A program made the translations under genes and the position numbers. Below the pieces are notes generated by a model. It ran no database searches and had not been told where the DNA came from. It saw nothing but the letters and a program-made list of their open reading frames with translations. Positions 1 through 13,662 of a stretch of 64,000 nucleotides of DNA are shown one piece after another. This DNA is from Cycas panzhihuaensis (taxonomy: Eukaryota; Plantae; Cycadophyta). Every line of letters starts with the position of its first letter. Positions within the stretch are counted from its first letter, which is position 1. The stretch spans positions 189,975,741 to 190,039,740 of the forward strand of contig CM041465.1 in the NCBI GenBank assembly GCA_023213395.1, given 5' to 3'.

Positions 1-353
1 CGATATGGTCCTTTTACAATTTTGAAAAAAATTGGGGAAAATGCTTTCTAGCTTGAACTTCCAGAATTCATGAAGATGTATTCTATAGTGAATGTTGAGA
101 ATTTGAAGATATTCGAGCCATCGATGTTGGATGAAGATGAAGATAGAGTTCCACTCTTACCAAACCCAGAGGAGTTGTAGATAGAGAAAGAGGAACCAAT
201 GCAAAATGATTGCATTCTTCAAAGGAAGGCATCGAGACTCGAAGAGGCATAATCGAGTCCTTCAGAATTGTAGAGAAAGGACAAGTACCTAGCAAAGCAA
301 AATGGTACAATAAGGAAATAGGGAAAATCAAATTCCCTCATCTACAACTATAA
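1..353 (+). pseudogene. Integrase C-terminus (GPF motif plus chromodomain-like tail), disrupted
   Basis: Translates RYGPFTILKKIGENAF*LELPEFMKMYSIVNVENLKIFEPSMLDED... then, after a frameshift, ESFRIVEKGQVPSKAKWYNKEIGKIKFPHLQL*; homologous to the integrase end of element F. Confidence 0.9.
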
Positions 354-391
354 AGTTCATGAGGCCATGAACTCCTAAAAAATGGGAGTTC

Positions 392-1634
392 TGATCCGTT
401 TCAGATCTTTAAAATACTCTAAATACTTTGTTTTTCATGTAAATGGTCTTTATGTAGTAGAAAATTGCCTTAAAAAGGCTTAATGGTCTTCATTTAGTAG
501 AAATATGCCTTTAAAAGGCTTAAAAATGTAAAAAAATATATTTCTACAAGTACAAAAAGGTGCTATAACTGCTATCAAGCTACTATTAAGGTGCTACAAC
601 TACTACCAAGGTGCTACTAAGGTGTCAGAATCGCTACTAAGGTGCTACCAAGGTGTTACACAAGTGTTACTACACGGAGCTACTACAGTACCACGGCTAT
701 TATAGGCTGCTATAGTAGTACTACGAATCGCAGAGATCACACGCATAACTACAGAGACTACTACATCAGCCAAGAATCGTGGAGATCGCTACAGCTATGA
801 GATCACACGAATCATGGAGACTGCTACGCAGAAGTCAAAAAACGGAAAAATAACAAAAATAGAAATGGTTTTGGCGGCACAAACGGTAATCGTTTAGCAC
901 GAAATTTGAGGAGAGGGTGTGCACACATGTCCTCTACGCATTCAAAGAGGAAAAACTCTAAAATAAAAGGATTTTTCCAAGATTTTACAAGCCGTTTTGA
1001 AATCTGTTGGAAAATGGAAAAATGAAAATATCTTTCTAAAATGGAAACGCTTTTAAGTAAAATTTGAGAGAGGAATTTGGGGGATCTTGACAGAGATTTC
1101 TGACAGAAATAAGAGGATGCCGTAGCCCTAGACACAACATGGAGCAAGAATTAAGGAAAGCTTCAAGAAATCAACTTTCTAGAAGGAGAACGACTCCAAA
1201 GTGTGAAAATCTACGTTGGGAGAGAACACAGCAGAAACGTAGTGGAAAAACCTATTGCGGGGATCTGGAAGGAGCCCAGAAAATCATAGCTGTAGCCAAG
1301 AAGAGAAGACAAAAAGAGCAGCAGTCCCAGAAAGAGATGCTAGCCAGTTCTTCTTCACTAAAACAGGGTTTTTGGTAACAAAAGACCAAAAACGGTTTTG
1401 CAGACTTCGAGACGGAGGTTCCAGCGAATGAGCAGCAGCTCAAGGAGAGCCCAACTCTCATTTTCTCTCTCCCAAAACACTGCAACAGTCCCTTGCATGC
1501 TCAACAGAGCACAAACAAAGGAGTTTTGTAAGAAAATTTTAATATCTTCAATTCTATGTAATAATATATAAATTGTTTCTAGATTTTATTTCAATTGGTT
1601 AAAGTTTTCACTTTCCCATTCAAGATTCAGATCA
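392..1634 (+). repeat. 3' LTR of element A (about 1.24 kb)
   Basis: Starts TGATCC just after the PPT and ends TCAGATCA, after which sequence matching the B-family LTR resumes. Contains a 40-bp tandem duplication (442-521) and AAGGTGCTAC micro-repeats (about 558-670). Confidence 0.85.
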
Positions 1635-2056
1635 TATACATATCCATGTAAATATGCTATTGGATGATATCATGGCTCAAGAGACATGATAGACTACTTA
1701 TGAGATAAATCATAATATAAATATATACATACACCATTTGAGAACTTGGGAGAAAGGTTTAAGACAAGTAAATGTATTCATTCTAATCATTAAGAGGAGA
1801 TCCCAACTCCACCTTCTCCCATGGCTTTTCCTACACTAGGTTTTTCATGTATAAATTTATTTTCTCTCCTATGGTGAATGATCTCAATGCTTATGGTATA
1901 TGATTTATCTATTATTTACTCTACCTTACTGTTATTTCTCTATATATGTACATATACTCATGAGATTATTCAATTATCATATATGCATATTATATTTTAT
2001 TTTATCATACTCTATATTTCTAATATGGTATTATAGTGTAATTATAAATTCTAACA
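1635..2056 (+). repeat. 5' LTR of B1, with its first ~100 bp displaced by element A
   Basis: Collinear with 5734-6156; ends ATTCTAACA. Confidence 0.85.
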
Positions 2057-2067
2057 TGGTATCAAAG
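2057..2067 (+). promoter_or_regulatory. Primer-binding site (tRNA-iMet type) of B1
   Basis: TGGTATCAAAG directly after the LTR end, one mismatch to TGGTATCAGAG. Confidence 0.8.
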
Positions 2068-5000
2068 TTATGATAAAGAAAGATCTTATGCACTAGGAAG
2101 AAGCCTTAATGAACTAGTGATAGTGCCAGTGAAAGAGAAGTTATAGGGCCAGTATAGAAGCCAAATATGAGGTGAATTTAATAAGCCCAAAATTTGAATA
2201 TGACAAAGTTATGCTAGTGACATATGATCAAGATCTAGGGGCTAGATGAAGATGAATGAGATGAATAAAGTCACATATAGATGACATGAAGCCAAATAAA
2301 GCCATATTATAAAACAACATTACTCATAACATATTATTTAATTTATTATGAAAATTATTTACACATGTTGGATCCATATTGTATAGAATATGCATCTATA
2401 TTTAAAATCCATCGCACAATAGATTACTTAAGTAGGATTGATCAACCTATGAAAGCAACACATCAATGAAGTTTATTGGTTTATAGTAAAGGCTTTTGTA
2501 AGTGTCCTACTAGAGGATTTTTTATCACTAATGAACCATTCTAAAGGCCTTAACAAGTATCTTAGATAGAGATTCACTACTGAAACAAATCCAATATCCC
2601 ATCTATGAAATGCCAAATAGGCAATAGGCCTATATAGCATGGCAAATAGTAAACAAAGATAGGTATGAGGTAGTTTTTTATAGTAATAAATAAAGGCATG
2701 CTAATGCATAAAATATGATTTAATTATAAGGGCAATGTGATGAAATCACATGAATATTGAGGGTATATTACAAAGTTATTAATAGTTGAATGAATTAATG
2801 ATATAAGAGTATGTTGATATTATGATGGCATGAAATGGGATGAAAATTATATGGGTAAAGAGATGAACACAAGGGTGCATGAATGGATATTATTATCCTA
2901 TGACATTATTATCTTATGATAAACAATTTGAGATATATTTGTTTGAAAATAAGGGTATATTATTCTTTGAACATTAAGGATACACTTATGAAGAAACAAT
3001 CTAATTTATTATTTAATGTTAATGGTTTGCATAACATATGAGTTTACTTATGGAAAAATTACATGATTAATGATTCAACTAGTGCTAAAATGATAAACTA
3101 TAAAGAAATAATGTAATAAATACTAAGAAAATGCACAACAAAACCCTACTTGATTTAGCTAATAGAATATAATAAATGACTTCTCATATAGTGCCCATGG
3201 CTACCATAACCCAGACATAAGGAGAATGACTACCATAACCTTGAAGAGGCAAGGAGAATATAATCAAACATAAAGGTAGACTACCACAAAAGATTATGCA
3301 CATCTAAAGAAGCACCTACTAAAGATCATGTCCACTGTTGATGAAGATCATATATCAAAACCCTTTTAGCTACAAAATCATGAATAGAGGAGATACATGA
3401 GATATAGTACTTAATTGCCTACATCATAGTTATCCATCCAGTAGTCATCCATAAAGGAATGATTTAGATATATACCAAATGCAATCCATAAATAGATGAA
3501 GAATACCAATCTAGACATGTCCTTCAAAAATTGACATAGACATAGATGAATAGATGGAGAGACACCAAACATAGTTATTTATGCATATACTGGAGAATAT
3601 AATAGAGATTTGTATAGTCATAATTGTAGGAAGAATAAGTCACACAGATTTGCCTCACCATGAAGAATAAGTTATGATTATGTATTAATAAAAGAGCCAA
3701 CTTATCCTACCATTCATTATGCTCAATCTATCATCATTGTAGACCAGCCTGATCAAATGATCACTTATTCAATTAAAATTTTTAGAGTTATAATTCACTA
3801 TAGAATTTTACAAGGTGAAATTAATTTTGATATAAAAAAAATTGTAAAGTTTCTTTTTCTTTTAAATTTAATTCAATTGGATGAAATTTTGAGGTTTATA
3901 AACCTGGAGTGTATCAATAGGTGATCATATAGAGTACACTTCAAACTAGGGAAAATCTGTGAAGGGGGAAAACTCTAAATATGATTAAATTAGATTAGAT
4001 ATTTTTTTCAATATATATATATATATATATAAATAATTTTAAAATTTGAATTCTAGTTTATTAAGGGTTGTATACATTTTCATGAGACATTGGCATATTT
4101 TTTACCATAACTTCTTATTGGGATATTAGAATCAAGTGTTGTTAGTTGTGTTAGAAAGAGAACTTTGAGATAGTCTAAATATGTCATCACGATACATATT
4201 TAAGATAATAAAAGATAAAGAAATTAAAGGGTGAAGTTGATAAATGTGCTTTAAACCTTATAAAATCTATATTTTATAATCTTTTTTAGAAAATTTTCAG
4301 TATATTCTAATGTTTTTAGAGGCTCTAGATATAATGGTGAAGTTATTTTTGAAATATGATTAAATAAAATTGATATTTAATTTAAAAGTGGTCAATTTAA
4401 GGATCATTTATGATATTTAAAGGCTAAAAATCTGTTAAAATTTTCATGAAATGGGATATAATTATTGATTTTTTAATATAAAAAATTCTTGGTATACTAA
4501 CCTTGGAAAATCCTATTGGAAACTTATATTTGGTTTGGTAACTCTATCATTAATTAAATAGATAGATTACCTAATTTATTTAAATAGTTTTTTTGATGAA
4601 TAATGATTACATTTATTTGATGATTGATGACATCATCTGGTATTTAATAAAGGGCCTAATTTATTTGAGTATGGAGAGATAAGAAGAAGAAAGTTTCCTA
4701 TGATTATTTAATTGGCATACCAAATTAGTTATTGATGTTATCTAGCTAATAATCAACTATTAAAGCTACCCAACTAAAAGATGAAAGATGATAATTATTC
4801 ATATTTATCTATGAAAAATCTAACTAACCATATATGACAAGAAGTATGAAAACACATTATTAATGCTATCTTGTTACATGTTACTTGTCTTGACCAAGTA
4901 GTTTGGCTTATTTATGAAGATAGTTATTTTGAGATTATTTCTTTGATAAAGTTGAAGAATGGATACCAAAAGAAAGTTGTTGAAATATGAAAATAAAAAA

Positions 5001-5633
5001 ACACATAAAAATGAAATCTTATTTACAAGAGATAAGTACAAGTTTCATAAGTTACTCTTTCATAATATACTTAATTATGTTGTTCAAATCCTTTGTAAGA
5101 GGCAAGATTAGACTACTTTTACACAAGCAATTTGAAAGCTAATAAATCATATATATTAAGTAATTACCTAAAGAACTAGTGATTGCAGAGACTGGTTACC
5201 CATGTATTTTGGTAGATAGTTATAGTTTTATATTTATTTAATAATTAGTTGACAGAATGTTAATGAAAGTAGCTATACATATGAAGATATGAAGATGTTT
5301 AGGAAAATACTTCATATATTAGTTAATGTTGATATTGGTAAATGATGATGGTTGATATTTAAAGGTTGGTTATTCATAGTTGGTTACTAAGGTACATAGA
5401 TGATTACATATATATTTATACATAGGTATATATGTTAATGCTTATATTAGACAAGTATGATGGATGATACAACTTATAAAAATGATTATAGATTATAGGT
5501 GATGATACAGTTACAACATGATATAGGATACAAGTTATAGGATCTAACATACAAGATAAAGACCAAGTGATGAATACTTGAAGATATAAAGAATTGAAGA
5601 TAAAATTTAAAGACATTAATCATGAAGGAGGAA

Positions 5634-6156
5634 TGTTAGAATATGTAATTTAATCACATATATAGTATTTAATATTTATAATGATGGACATATATACAAT
5701 CCTACAATTTACCTGCATTAAGATAAATGATATGTATGCATATCTATGTAAATATGTTATTGGATGATATAAAGACTTAAGAGACATGATAGGATACTCA
5801 TAAAACAAATCTTAATATAAATATATACAAACACCACTTGAAAACTTAAGAGAAAGGTTTAAGATATAGAGATATATTCATTTTGATCATTAAGAGGAGC
5901 TCCCAACTCTATGTTCTTCTATGTTTTTTTCTACATTAGGTTTTCCACATATAAATTTATTATCTCTCTTTTGGTAAATACTCTTGATAATTATAGTGTA
6001 TAATTTATTTATTATTTACTTTACATTGATGTTATTCCTTTATATATATACATATACTCATGAGGTTATTTAGTCATTATATATACATATTATATTCTTC
6101 TATGTCATACTCTATATTTCTAATATGGTATCATAGTGCTATTATAAATTCTAATA
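5634..6156 (+). repeat. 3' LTR of B1
   Basis: TGTTAGAAT...ATTCTAATA inverted termini, preceded by a PPT. Confidence 0.85.
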
Positions 6157-7784
6157 CAAAATCTAATGATTAACACTAACCATCAAGATCTCTTTATTAT
6201 ATATGCTAGCTTAACCATTTTTACCTAGTGGAGGATGATCATATGATAAGCCCATAAGCCTATAAGAATCTTAGTTTAGATTTCAAGTATTAGACTCTTA
6301 TCTCTCAAATTTATATTAAAAATTTCTATATTTAGGATAAAAATCATTAATTTTTTTAATAATAATTATAAATATATATACTTAATGACTATAACTTAAT
6401 TCTAGAGATTTCCTACATTTTAAAATATACACCTAAAATTTTATAAAATCACTATCATTATAAAGTACTCTTAAAGAGTAGATTAAATGAACATCTTATA
6501 TTTGAGACTTACTAATCTAGGGAGCCTCTGGACTAGTTTATAGATTTTAACATTATAGATATAAGTACATTAATATTAGGTTTTCTATGGTTAATTTTTA
6601 GCTATCTAATGTTATTTATGAACTCCTTTAATATAATCCATTTGAATTTCCATTATTCAAATGCTATATAAGGAATTATTTATTCTAATAAATAGAACAC
6701 TATTATATTTTATATTGTCTATGCTTTTGTGCTATTTACATAGCCTAAATTTAGTGTGAATATTATATGAAGTAATATTCTACTACTCATATTCATAGAA
6801 GGTTATTATTTGGCATCAAAGAAATATGGACTTAAGTGAATTTTTGTTTTTAAGAAAATCAGTCATTAAAATCTATTTCTATGTTTTATATATATTTCTT
6901 CAAAATATTAATATATTTTGGATTTATTTTTTCTCAAAAAGACAATAATATAAAGAGGAAAATAAATTATAAATTTTCCCAAGGTGAATTCATGTACAAA
7001 TCTAAAGTAAGGGTATAAAAAATAAGATAAATTAATAGTTTAATTATCTTAGGATCATATATCATAAGGAAAAGTCAAATATAGTATATGTAGGAGGGTT
7101 GAATTATTTTTTTTAATCATATTAATTTTTATCCTTAAGAATAATTTAATGAGGAAAAATATTAAAATTGAATCCATTGGTGAAAGGGAAAAAAAACATC
7201 TTATGAGGGGAGATAAATTGGCCACATGTCAAGTCTAAAATATAAATGGTACTTTCACTATCGAGATAATGGTAACTTCAAATGATAAGTTGATATGCAC
7301 AAATAAGAGGAAGAAGATACCAATCTTATCATTTTATTAATGTCCAAGAGAAAAGGAAAAAAAAAACTTTTACAATGGGATCATATAACTATGATATCTC
7401 TATATTTATAGGAGGGTTCTATTAAGTTATATAGTGAAGAGAAAGTCATTATACAATATGATTTTCACATGGTAAAGATTAGATTAAGATTATTAGTATT
7501 CCTACCCATGATATAAACTAAGTATTCAAGATCTACTATGTGTTTTATTTGCTAAATTAATAGTAATGGGTCAAATAATTATACAAATAACATGGTATTA
7601 TACGATGTAATTAACTTAAGGACTTGATTCCATAGATTTTTTTTTTTTTTAATTAAAAATATGATTTTATTAATAAAAAATATGCTTCCTTTATTATTTC
7701 CTTTAAAAGACTATTATTAGCCTCTTGAACTTGAAGCACCATCTTTATAAGATATTCGTCATCTAAATCTTACACCATGAATAT

Positions 7785-8446
7785 TGTTGAGAAAACTAGG
7801 CCCCAATAACTAGAAACTACCACCAAGATCTAAACTACTTTGCAACTAATTATAAGAATCAAAATTAAAATTTAACATACAAGTTCTTAAACTAGAGATA
7901 ATATAATAAATGAATTAGAAAAAAAAAGTATCACATATACACCTAATATGATGTGATAAAACTCTAGTAGTGTGCTAGGGAAACATCTACATAGTAAAGG
8001 TATTGATCTTTATTATCTAAGAATGGAGAAATGTACATAATCTGTAGTAGAATGCTCACAACAACAACTAGCTACCTAACTCCTCACAGTACATCTAATA
8101 CATCAAATGCCATCAACATAATGAAGAAAACACTCTAAATTAGGCTATATGAGAGAGTCATACAAGGCACAAACCTCAACCATCGAATCTGGGGTATTTT
8201 GAATGAATGACGTTGATTCTATTTATAATTTAGTATGCTTTTTAGTGCTAATTTTTTGGTCAGGAGCTATCACCTCTAAACCCCCTCTTTATGAGTGGGG
8301 TGTAAGGTTCTAGTACCCCCCATACTCCCTAGCTAAGAGGAGCTCCTACTCCCTTTAGATCCCCCTGCAGATGTTTAGAAGGGAAACCACACTACCAACC
8401 TATTAAAATTTTAGCCTCTAAAACATTGATATCACATTATCTAATA
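7785..8446 (-). repeat. 3' LTR of D
   Basis: Direct repeat of 12409-13074 with many transitions. Confidence 0.95.
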
Positions 8447-8479
8447 ATCTCTACCTTGACAAAAAATTACCTGATACCT

Positions 8480-11400
8480 TTTATGTAAGCCAAGAGAAGT
8501 TAAAAACCATTTGAACTTCTCTAATAGTACTGGTTTTATAAATATATTAGTATAATTCTATTTTGTGTTAACCTTCTCAAGTTCCACTCCACCTGCTTCC
8601 ACAACCTGTCTGACAAAATGGTACTTAAAAGTAATATGCTTTAACTTACTATGATAAGTTGGATTCTTTACTAAGTAAATAGCACTTTGAATGTCACAAA
8701 ATACCTTTGCCTTTTCTTGTTTCCTTCCAAGATCAACTAATAGACTGTGTAACTAGACTACTTATTTACAAGCATGTGCTGCAATAATATATTCTGCTTC
8801 TATAGTTGATAATATAATTGTTCTCTATAATTTTAACATCTAACTAACTAGATCATTTGTAAGAGTAAATATATAACCCAAAGTAGACCTTCTCTTATCT
8901 AAATCTCCTACAAAAGTTGAATCAATATATTCACAAACCTGATTATCTATACCTCTAAAGGTTATGTAATAGTCACTTGTGCCCCTCAAACATTGAAGCA
9001 CCAATTTCACTACTACCCAATGTTCCTTTCTTGGATTTGCTATAAACCTACTAACTACACTGACTACATATGAAATGTCAAGTCATGTACATGCCATAGC
9101 ATATATTAAACTTCCTATTACACTGGAATAAGGTACACAAGATATATAATCCTTTTCTTCTTCATTACTAAGACTCATACTTAAAGAAAACTTGAAATGG
9201 GAAGCCAATGGGATACTCATTGGTTTTACATTTATCATACCAAACCTAGTTAGTACCTTCTCCACATATTGTTACTCTGATAACCATAACTTACAATTTT
9301 TCTTAACCTAAGATTTATTTTATAGCTCCTAGATCCTTCATATCAAAAGTCCTAGCCAATTAAGCCTTTAACTTATTAATTTCTACCATGCTCTTAATTA
9401 CAACCAGTATGTCATCAATATATAATACTAAGATAATGAATAAGCCATTATCTAAGAATTTAAAGTAAATATAATAATAAAATTCACTTCTTTTAAAATT
9501 TTAGCTCTTAATGAAGGTATTAAACTTCCTATATTATTGCCTAGGTGATTACTTTAGGCTATACAATGATTTCCAGAGCATACAAATAAGTCTTTTCCTT
9601 CCATCCTATACAAACACTTCTGGTTGATCCATATAGATCTCCTTATATAAATATTCATATAGAAAAGTTATTTTTACATCTGACTACTCCAACTCCAAAT
9701 CAAAAGAAGCTACTAATGTTAATAGAACTTGAATTGAAACAAGTTTGATAATTAATGAAAAGATCTCATGAAGGTCAATACCTACTTTCTATATAAAACC
9801 TTTAGTCACTAGTCTTGCCCTGTATTTATTAACCTTTCCATCAACATCTTCTTTCTTCTTAAAAACCCACCTACAACCAACAATCTTTGTACCATATGTA
9901 AGTTCTACCAAGTCCCAAGAATTAGTTTTCTTCAAAGTATCTATCTCTTCCTATATAGCCCTCTTCCACTTCTCACTATGGATATCATCTACTATTTCCT
10001 TATAGCATGTAGGCCCACCATCATTAGAAACTAAAGTAATAGAAATAGAAAGGTTGTACTTATTAGGTGGATGAATGACTCATGTAGATCTTCTAATAGT
10101 TAGTGGAGGAGTGTCCACATACTCCTATAAGTCTATTGTATATTCATCTTTAGAAAAGTCTTTTTGCTCTTCTATTTCTAAAGATGGATGGGTCTCAAGC
10201 TTGACCTATTGATGTTCAACTTTTTACTCCTATTTTAGTTTAACTTCTATACTATCTAATTTAAGAAAAGGAGATTCATGAAATATAATATCTCTATTAA
10301 TAGTGATTTTATGGGTAGTAAGATCCCACAACCTGTGTCCTTCACACCATCCCTATGACCATAACCAACAAAGATACATCTCTTAGATTTCGGGTCTAAC
10401 TTTAAACAATGACTTTTATTAGTCAAGGAATAAGCATTACAACAAAAAACTTTCAAATTTAAATAGTTGTATGGATGTCTAGTCCATACCTCTCTAGGAA
10501 TATTGTAGTTTATTGCAAGTGATGGTGACCTATTTACCAAATAATAAGTTATCTAAATAGCTTCTACCTATAAGCCCTGCTCCACTCCTACATTACTTAG
10601 CATGCTTCTTGCACTTTCCAAGAGTGTCTTATTCATACACTCAACTATGTCATTCTGCTATGGAGTATAGTATAAACTCCAAGGAGTTAGAATCATCTCC
10701 ATTATCAGTTTTTAAATATTTGATTGACTTACTAGTACTCTTCTCAACCAAAATCTTGAACTAGTTAAACACACTGAAAACTTTAGATTTCCTTTTCAAA
10801 AAATAGATCCATATCTTTTTAGAGTAATCATCCATAAATATGATAAAGTATAATGATACTCCATAAAATATTATAAGGGTTGGTCCCCATACATCTAAAT
10901 ATATATAATCTATAACACCTTTACTAGTATGCATCCCAACTTTAAACATTAGTCTACACTACTTTCTAAAAATATAATATTTACATAAAGCAAAATCTAA
11001 AAGCTATAAGTTAAGAAATAACTTACGATTCATTAGCACCTTAAGTCCTCTCTCACTCATGTGCCAAAGTCTTTGATGCCATAATTGAACTGGATCTTCT
11101 ATAGTCTTTGATGTTGTAGTTGCATGGTTGAGATCTATACTTCCTACTAAAACGTAAAGGTTTCCTTTCTTTAAGGCTTTCATCACAACCAAGGCACCTT
11201 TTGACATATTCAAGACTCCTTCATGACCTATGTACTTATAATCACCAGAATCTATTTCTCCCAAAGAAATCATATTCCTTTTTAGATCAGGTACATGTCT
11301 AACTTCAGTTACTATTCTTACTACACCATCAAACATTTTAATTTTGATGCTACCAATGCCTATTGTCTTATAGGAAACTTCATTTCCCATAAGGATATCA

Positions 11401-12335
11401 CCACCATCAAGAGGTTGGTATGATGAAAACCAACTCCTATGTGGATACATGTGGTGTGAAGCACCTGAATCCAATAACCAGTCATGATGATAATGGAAAA
11501 TATTATAAGTAACTAAGACATTATCATATGTACCTTGATTTGACTCCACCTGATTATCCTCCTTAATAGGATCTTCTTTTTTCTGGAACTCCTTCCTTTT
11601 GTAGTAATCCTTCTTGAGGTGATCTATCTTATTGTAGTGCCAACATTTATGCTTACTCTTCTTTCTTTTTAACTTTGACCTAAATGTGTCTTTGGAGCTT
11701 TGTCCTCTCTCAATTATTCTAGCCCGTGTTGTCATATCTTTTAGTGTGGAGGTTTTAATATTGGACTTTCTCCTCACTTCATCCATCAGCAAAGCACTCA
11801 TAATAGAATCATAGTCTAATTCATCTATAATTCTAAAACTAATTGAGGTGACAATATTATCTTAGGATTCTAGTAATGGACATAATAAGGTAACAATCTT
11901 GTCCTCATCCTTAATTATTACATCAATACTAGCCAACTAACAAATAAGAGTATTAAAAATATTTAAATGATTAGTAATTTTTATACCTTCCTTAATTTGT
12001 AATGAGTACAATTATCTCTTCAAGTAGATTCGATTTGTCATTGATTTGGTCATGTACAAGCCTTAATTAGGTCCATAATCCTGTTGCTATCTATTCCCCT
12101 ATGATGTTAAATAGAACTTCATTTACTAAGAACAATCGTATTATGCTTGGAGTCCTCTTATCTAGATCATCCATTTATCATCATCCATCCATGTGGGTTT
12201 TTTTGATTTGCCTACAAGAGCTCTATACAAACCTTGTTATACTAGAACATCATATGCTTTTAACTTCCACAACTTAAAGTTATTCTTGCTATTAAATTTC
12301 TCCACCTCAAACTTTGCATTTGCTAGTTTTACCAT
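8480..12335 (-). pseudogene. Copia gag-pol polyprotein of D, with many stops and frameshifts
   Basis: AKFEVEKFNSKNNFKLWK (gag), CWHYNKIDHLKKDY (zinc knuckle), WLLDSGASHHM (protease), LWHQRLWHMSERGL and YIYLDVWGP (integrase), YRARLVTKGF and YIDDILVV (RT), DFVGDLDKRRST (RNase H). Confidence 0.95.
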
Positions 12336-12408
12336 TTGGTTTAAAAAAAAGTCGACACTAAAACCTTCACAAACTCACTACAAAAATAAAAGTGGCTTTA
12401 ATATTACT

Positions 12409-13074
12409 TGTTGAGAAAACCAGGTCCTAATAACTAAAAAGCACCACCAAGATCTAAACTATTTTGTAACTAATTAAAGGAATCAAAACTAAAATTTAAC
12501 ATACAAGTATTTAAACCAGAGATAATACAATAAATGAATTAGAAAGATAAAGCATCATATATACACCTGATATAATGCAGTAAAATCCTAGCAATATGTT
12601 AGGAAAACATCTATACAGGAAAGGTATCGATCTTTATTATCCAAGAATGGAGAAATGTACATAATTTGCACTAGAATACTCATAACAATAATAACTAGAT
12701 ACCCAACTCCTCACAATACATCTAATACATCAAATACCATCAAGATAATAAAATAAACACCCTAAATTAGGATATATGAGAGAGTCATACAAAGCACAAA
12801 TCTCAACCATCGAATCTAGGGTATTTTGAATAAATGACCCTAATTCTATTTATAATTTAATATGTTTTTTAGTGTTAGATTTTTAGGTTAGAGGCCATCA
12901 CCCCTGAACTCCTTCTTTGCAAGGGGCTGGGAGGGTTCTGTCTCCCTTAGTACCCTTTGGCTAAGGGGGGCTCCTACTCCCCTAGGATCCCCCCATGGAA
13001 ATTTAGAGGAGAAACCGCACTGCAAACTTGTCAAACGTTTAGCCTCCAAAACATTGTTGTCACATTATCTAATA
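12409..13074 (-). repeat. 5' LTR of D
   Basis: Direct repeat of 7785-8446, adjacent to the PBS relic. Confidence 0.95.
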
Positions 13075-13662
13075 AATATTAGCTTTAGTTACAAAGGCCT
13101 GCTCCAAACTTTCAATTATTCTAATTGAATGTCCTTCTATAATGAGGAGGATTCTTCTTAGTTAATTAACTTTTAAAGTTAATAAATACTTTAGAATTTA
13201 TTCCAATAGTCTCAAATATTTTAAATTATATAGCATTCTTAATAATCTTTGGAAGCTTCATTTGTTCATAAACCTCTTCTCCTAATAATCTCATCAAATT
13301 AACTAAATTTTTAGTCTTAGTAATGAAATCATTTATATATTTTAATAAATTTATTTTTAAGTTATCAAGATTCTTTCTTAATATTTATAATTATGTATTT
13401 ATTAGTCTTTTAAATGTCATTTTTATTGTATTCTAAGTTACTTAGATTGTTCTTGCATCACATACTATAGGAACATAAGATCATCTAGAGTATCAGATAT
13501 AATTGATAATTCTTCATTATCTATTTTTTATTTTTTTAAAATAAAATGTTGATTAGTTATAGAAAATGTTGTAGTTGGTGTTGAAGGTGAAGGATTAGTA
13601 TAGCCATTTATTATAATATCCCATAATTCTTTTCTATTAAGATCAATTTCATACACTGTAAC

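Larger units (their letters stand above)
1..1634 (+). mobile_element. Element A: 3' end of a Ty3/gypsy chromovirus (CRM-like); the rest lies upstream of the window
   Basis: Integrase C-terminus at 1-353, purine tract AAAAAATGGGAG at about 377-388, then an LTR bounded by TGATC...GATCA. Confidence 0.9.
1635..6156 (+). mobile_element. Element B1: non-autonomous, non-coding LTR retrotransposon (LARD-like)
   Basis: Partial 5' LTR 1635-2056 matches 3' LTR 5634-6156. PBS TGGTATCAAAG at 2057, PPT GAAGGAGGAA at 5624-5633. The 3.6-kb interior has no recognisable protein domain. Confidence 0.85.
7785..13074 (-). mobile_element. Element D: full-length but degenerate Ty1/copia (Tnt1/Tork-like)
   Basis: LTRs 7785-8446 and 12409-13074; TSD AATAT at 7780-7784 and 13075-13079; decayed Met PBS at 12395-12406; PPT complement ATCTCTACCTTG at 8447; domain order gag-PR-INT-RT-RH. 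Confidence 0.95.

Noticed and set aside
824-1485. ORFs of 77-107 aa on both strands
   Set aside because: They lie inside the LTR of A, have no recognisable motif and are expected in GC-richer sequence
6157-7690. AT-rich stretch with LTR-like pieces
   Set aside because: No paired repeat, TSD or translatable motif could be established
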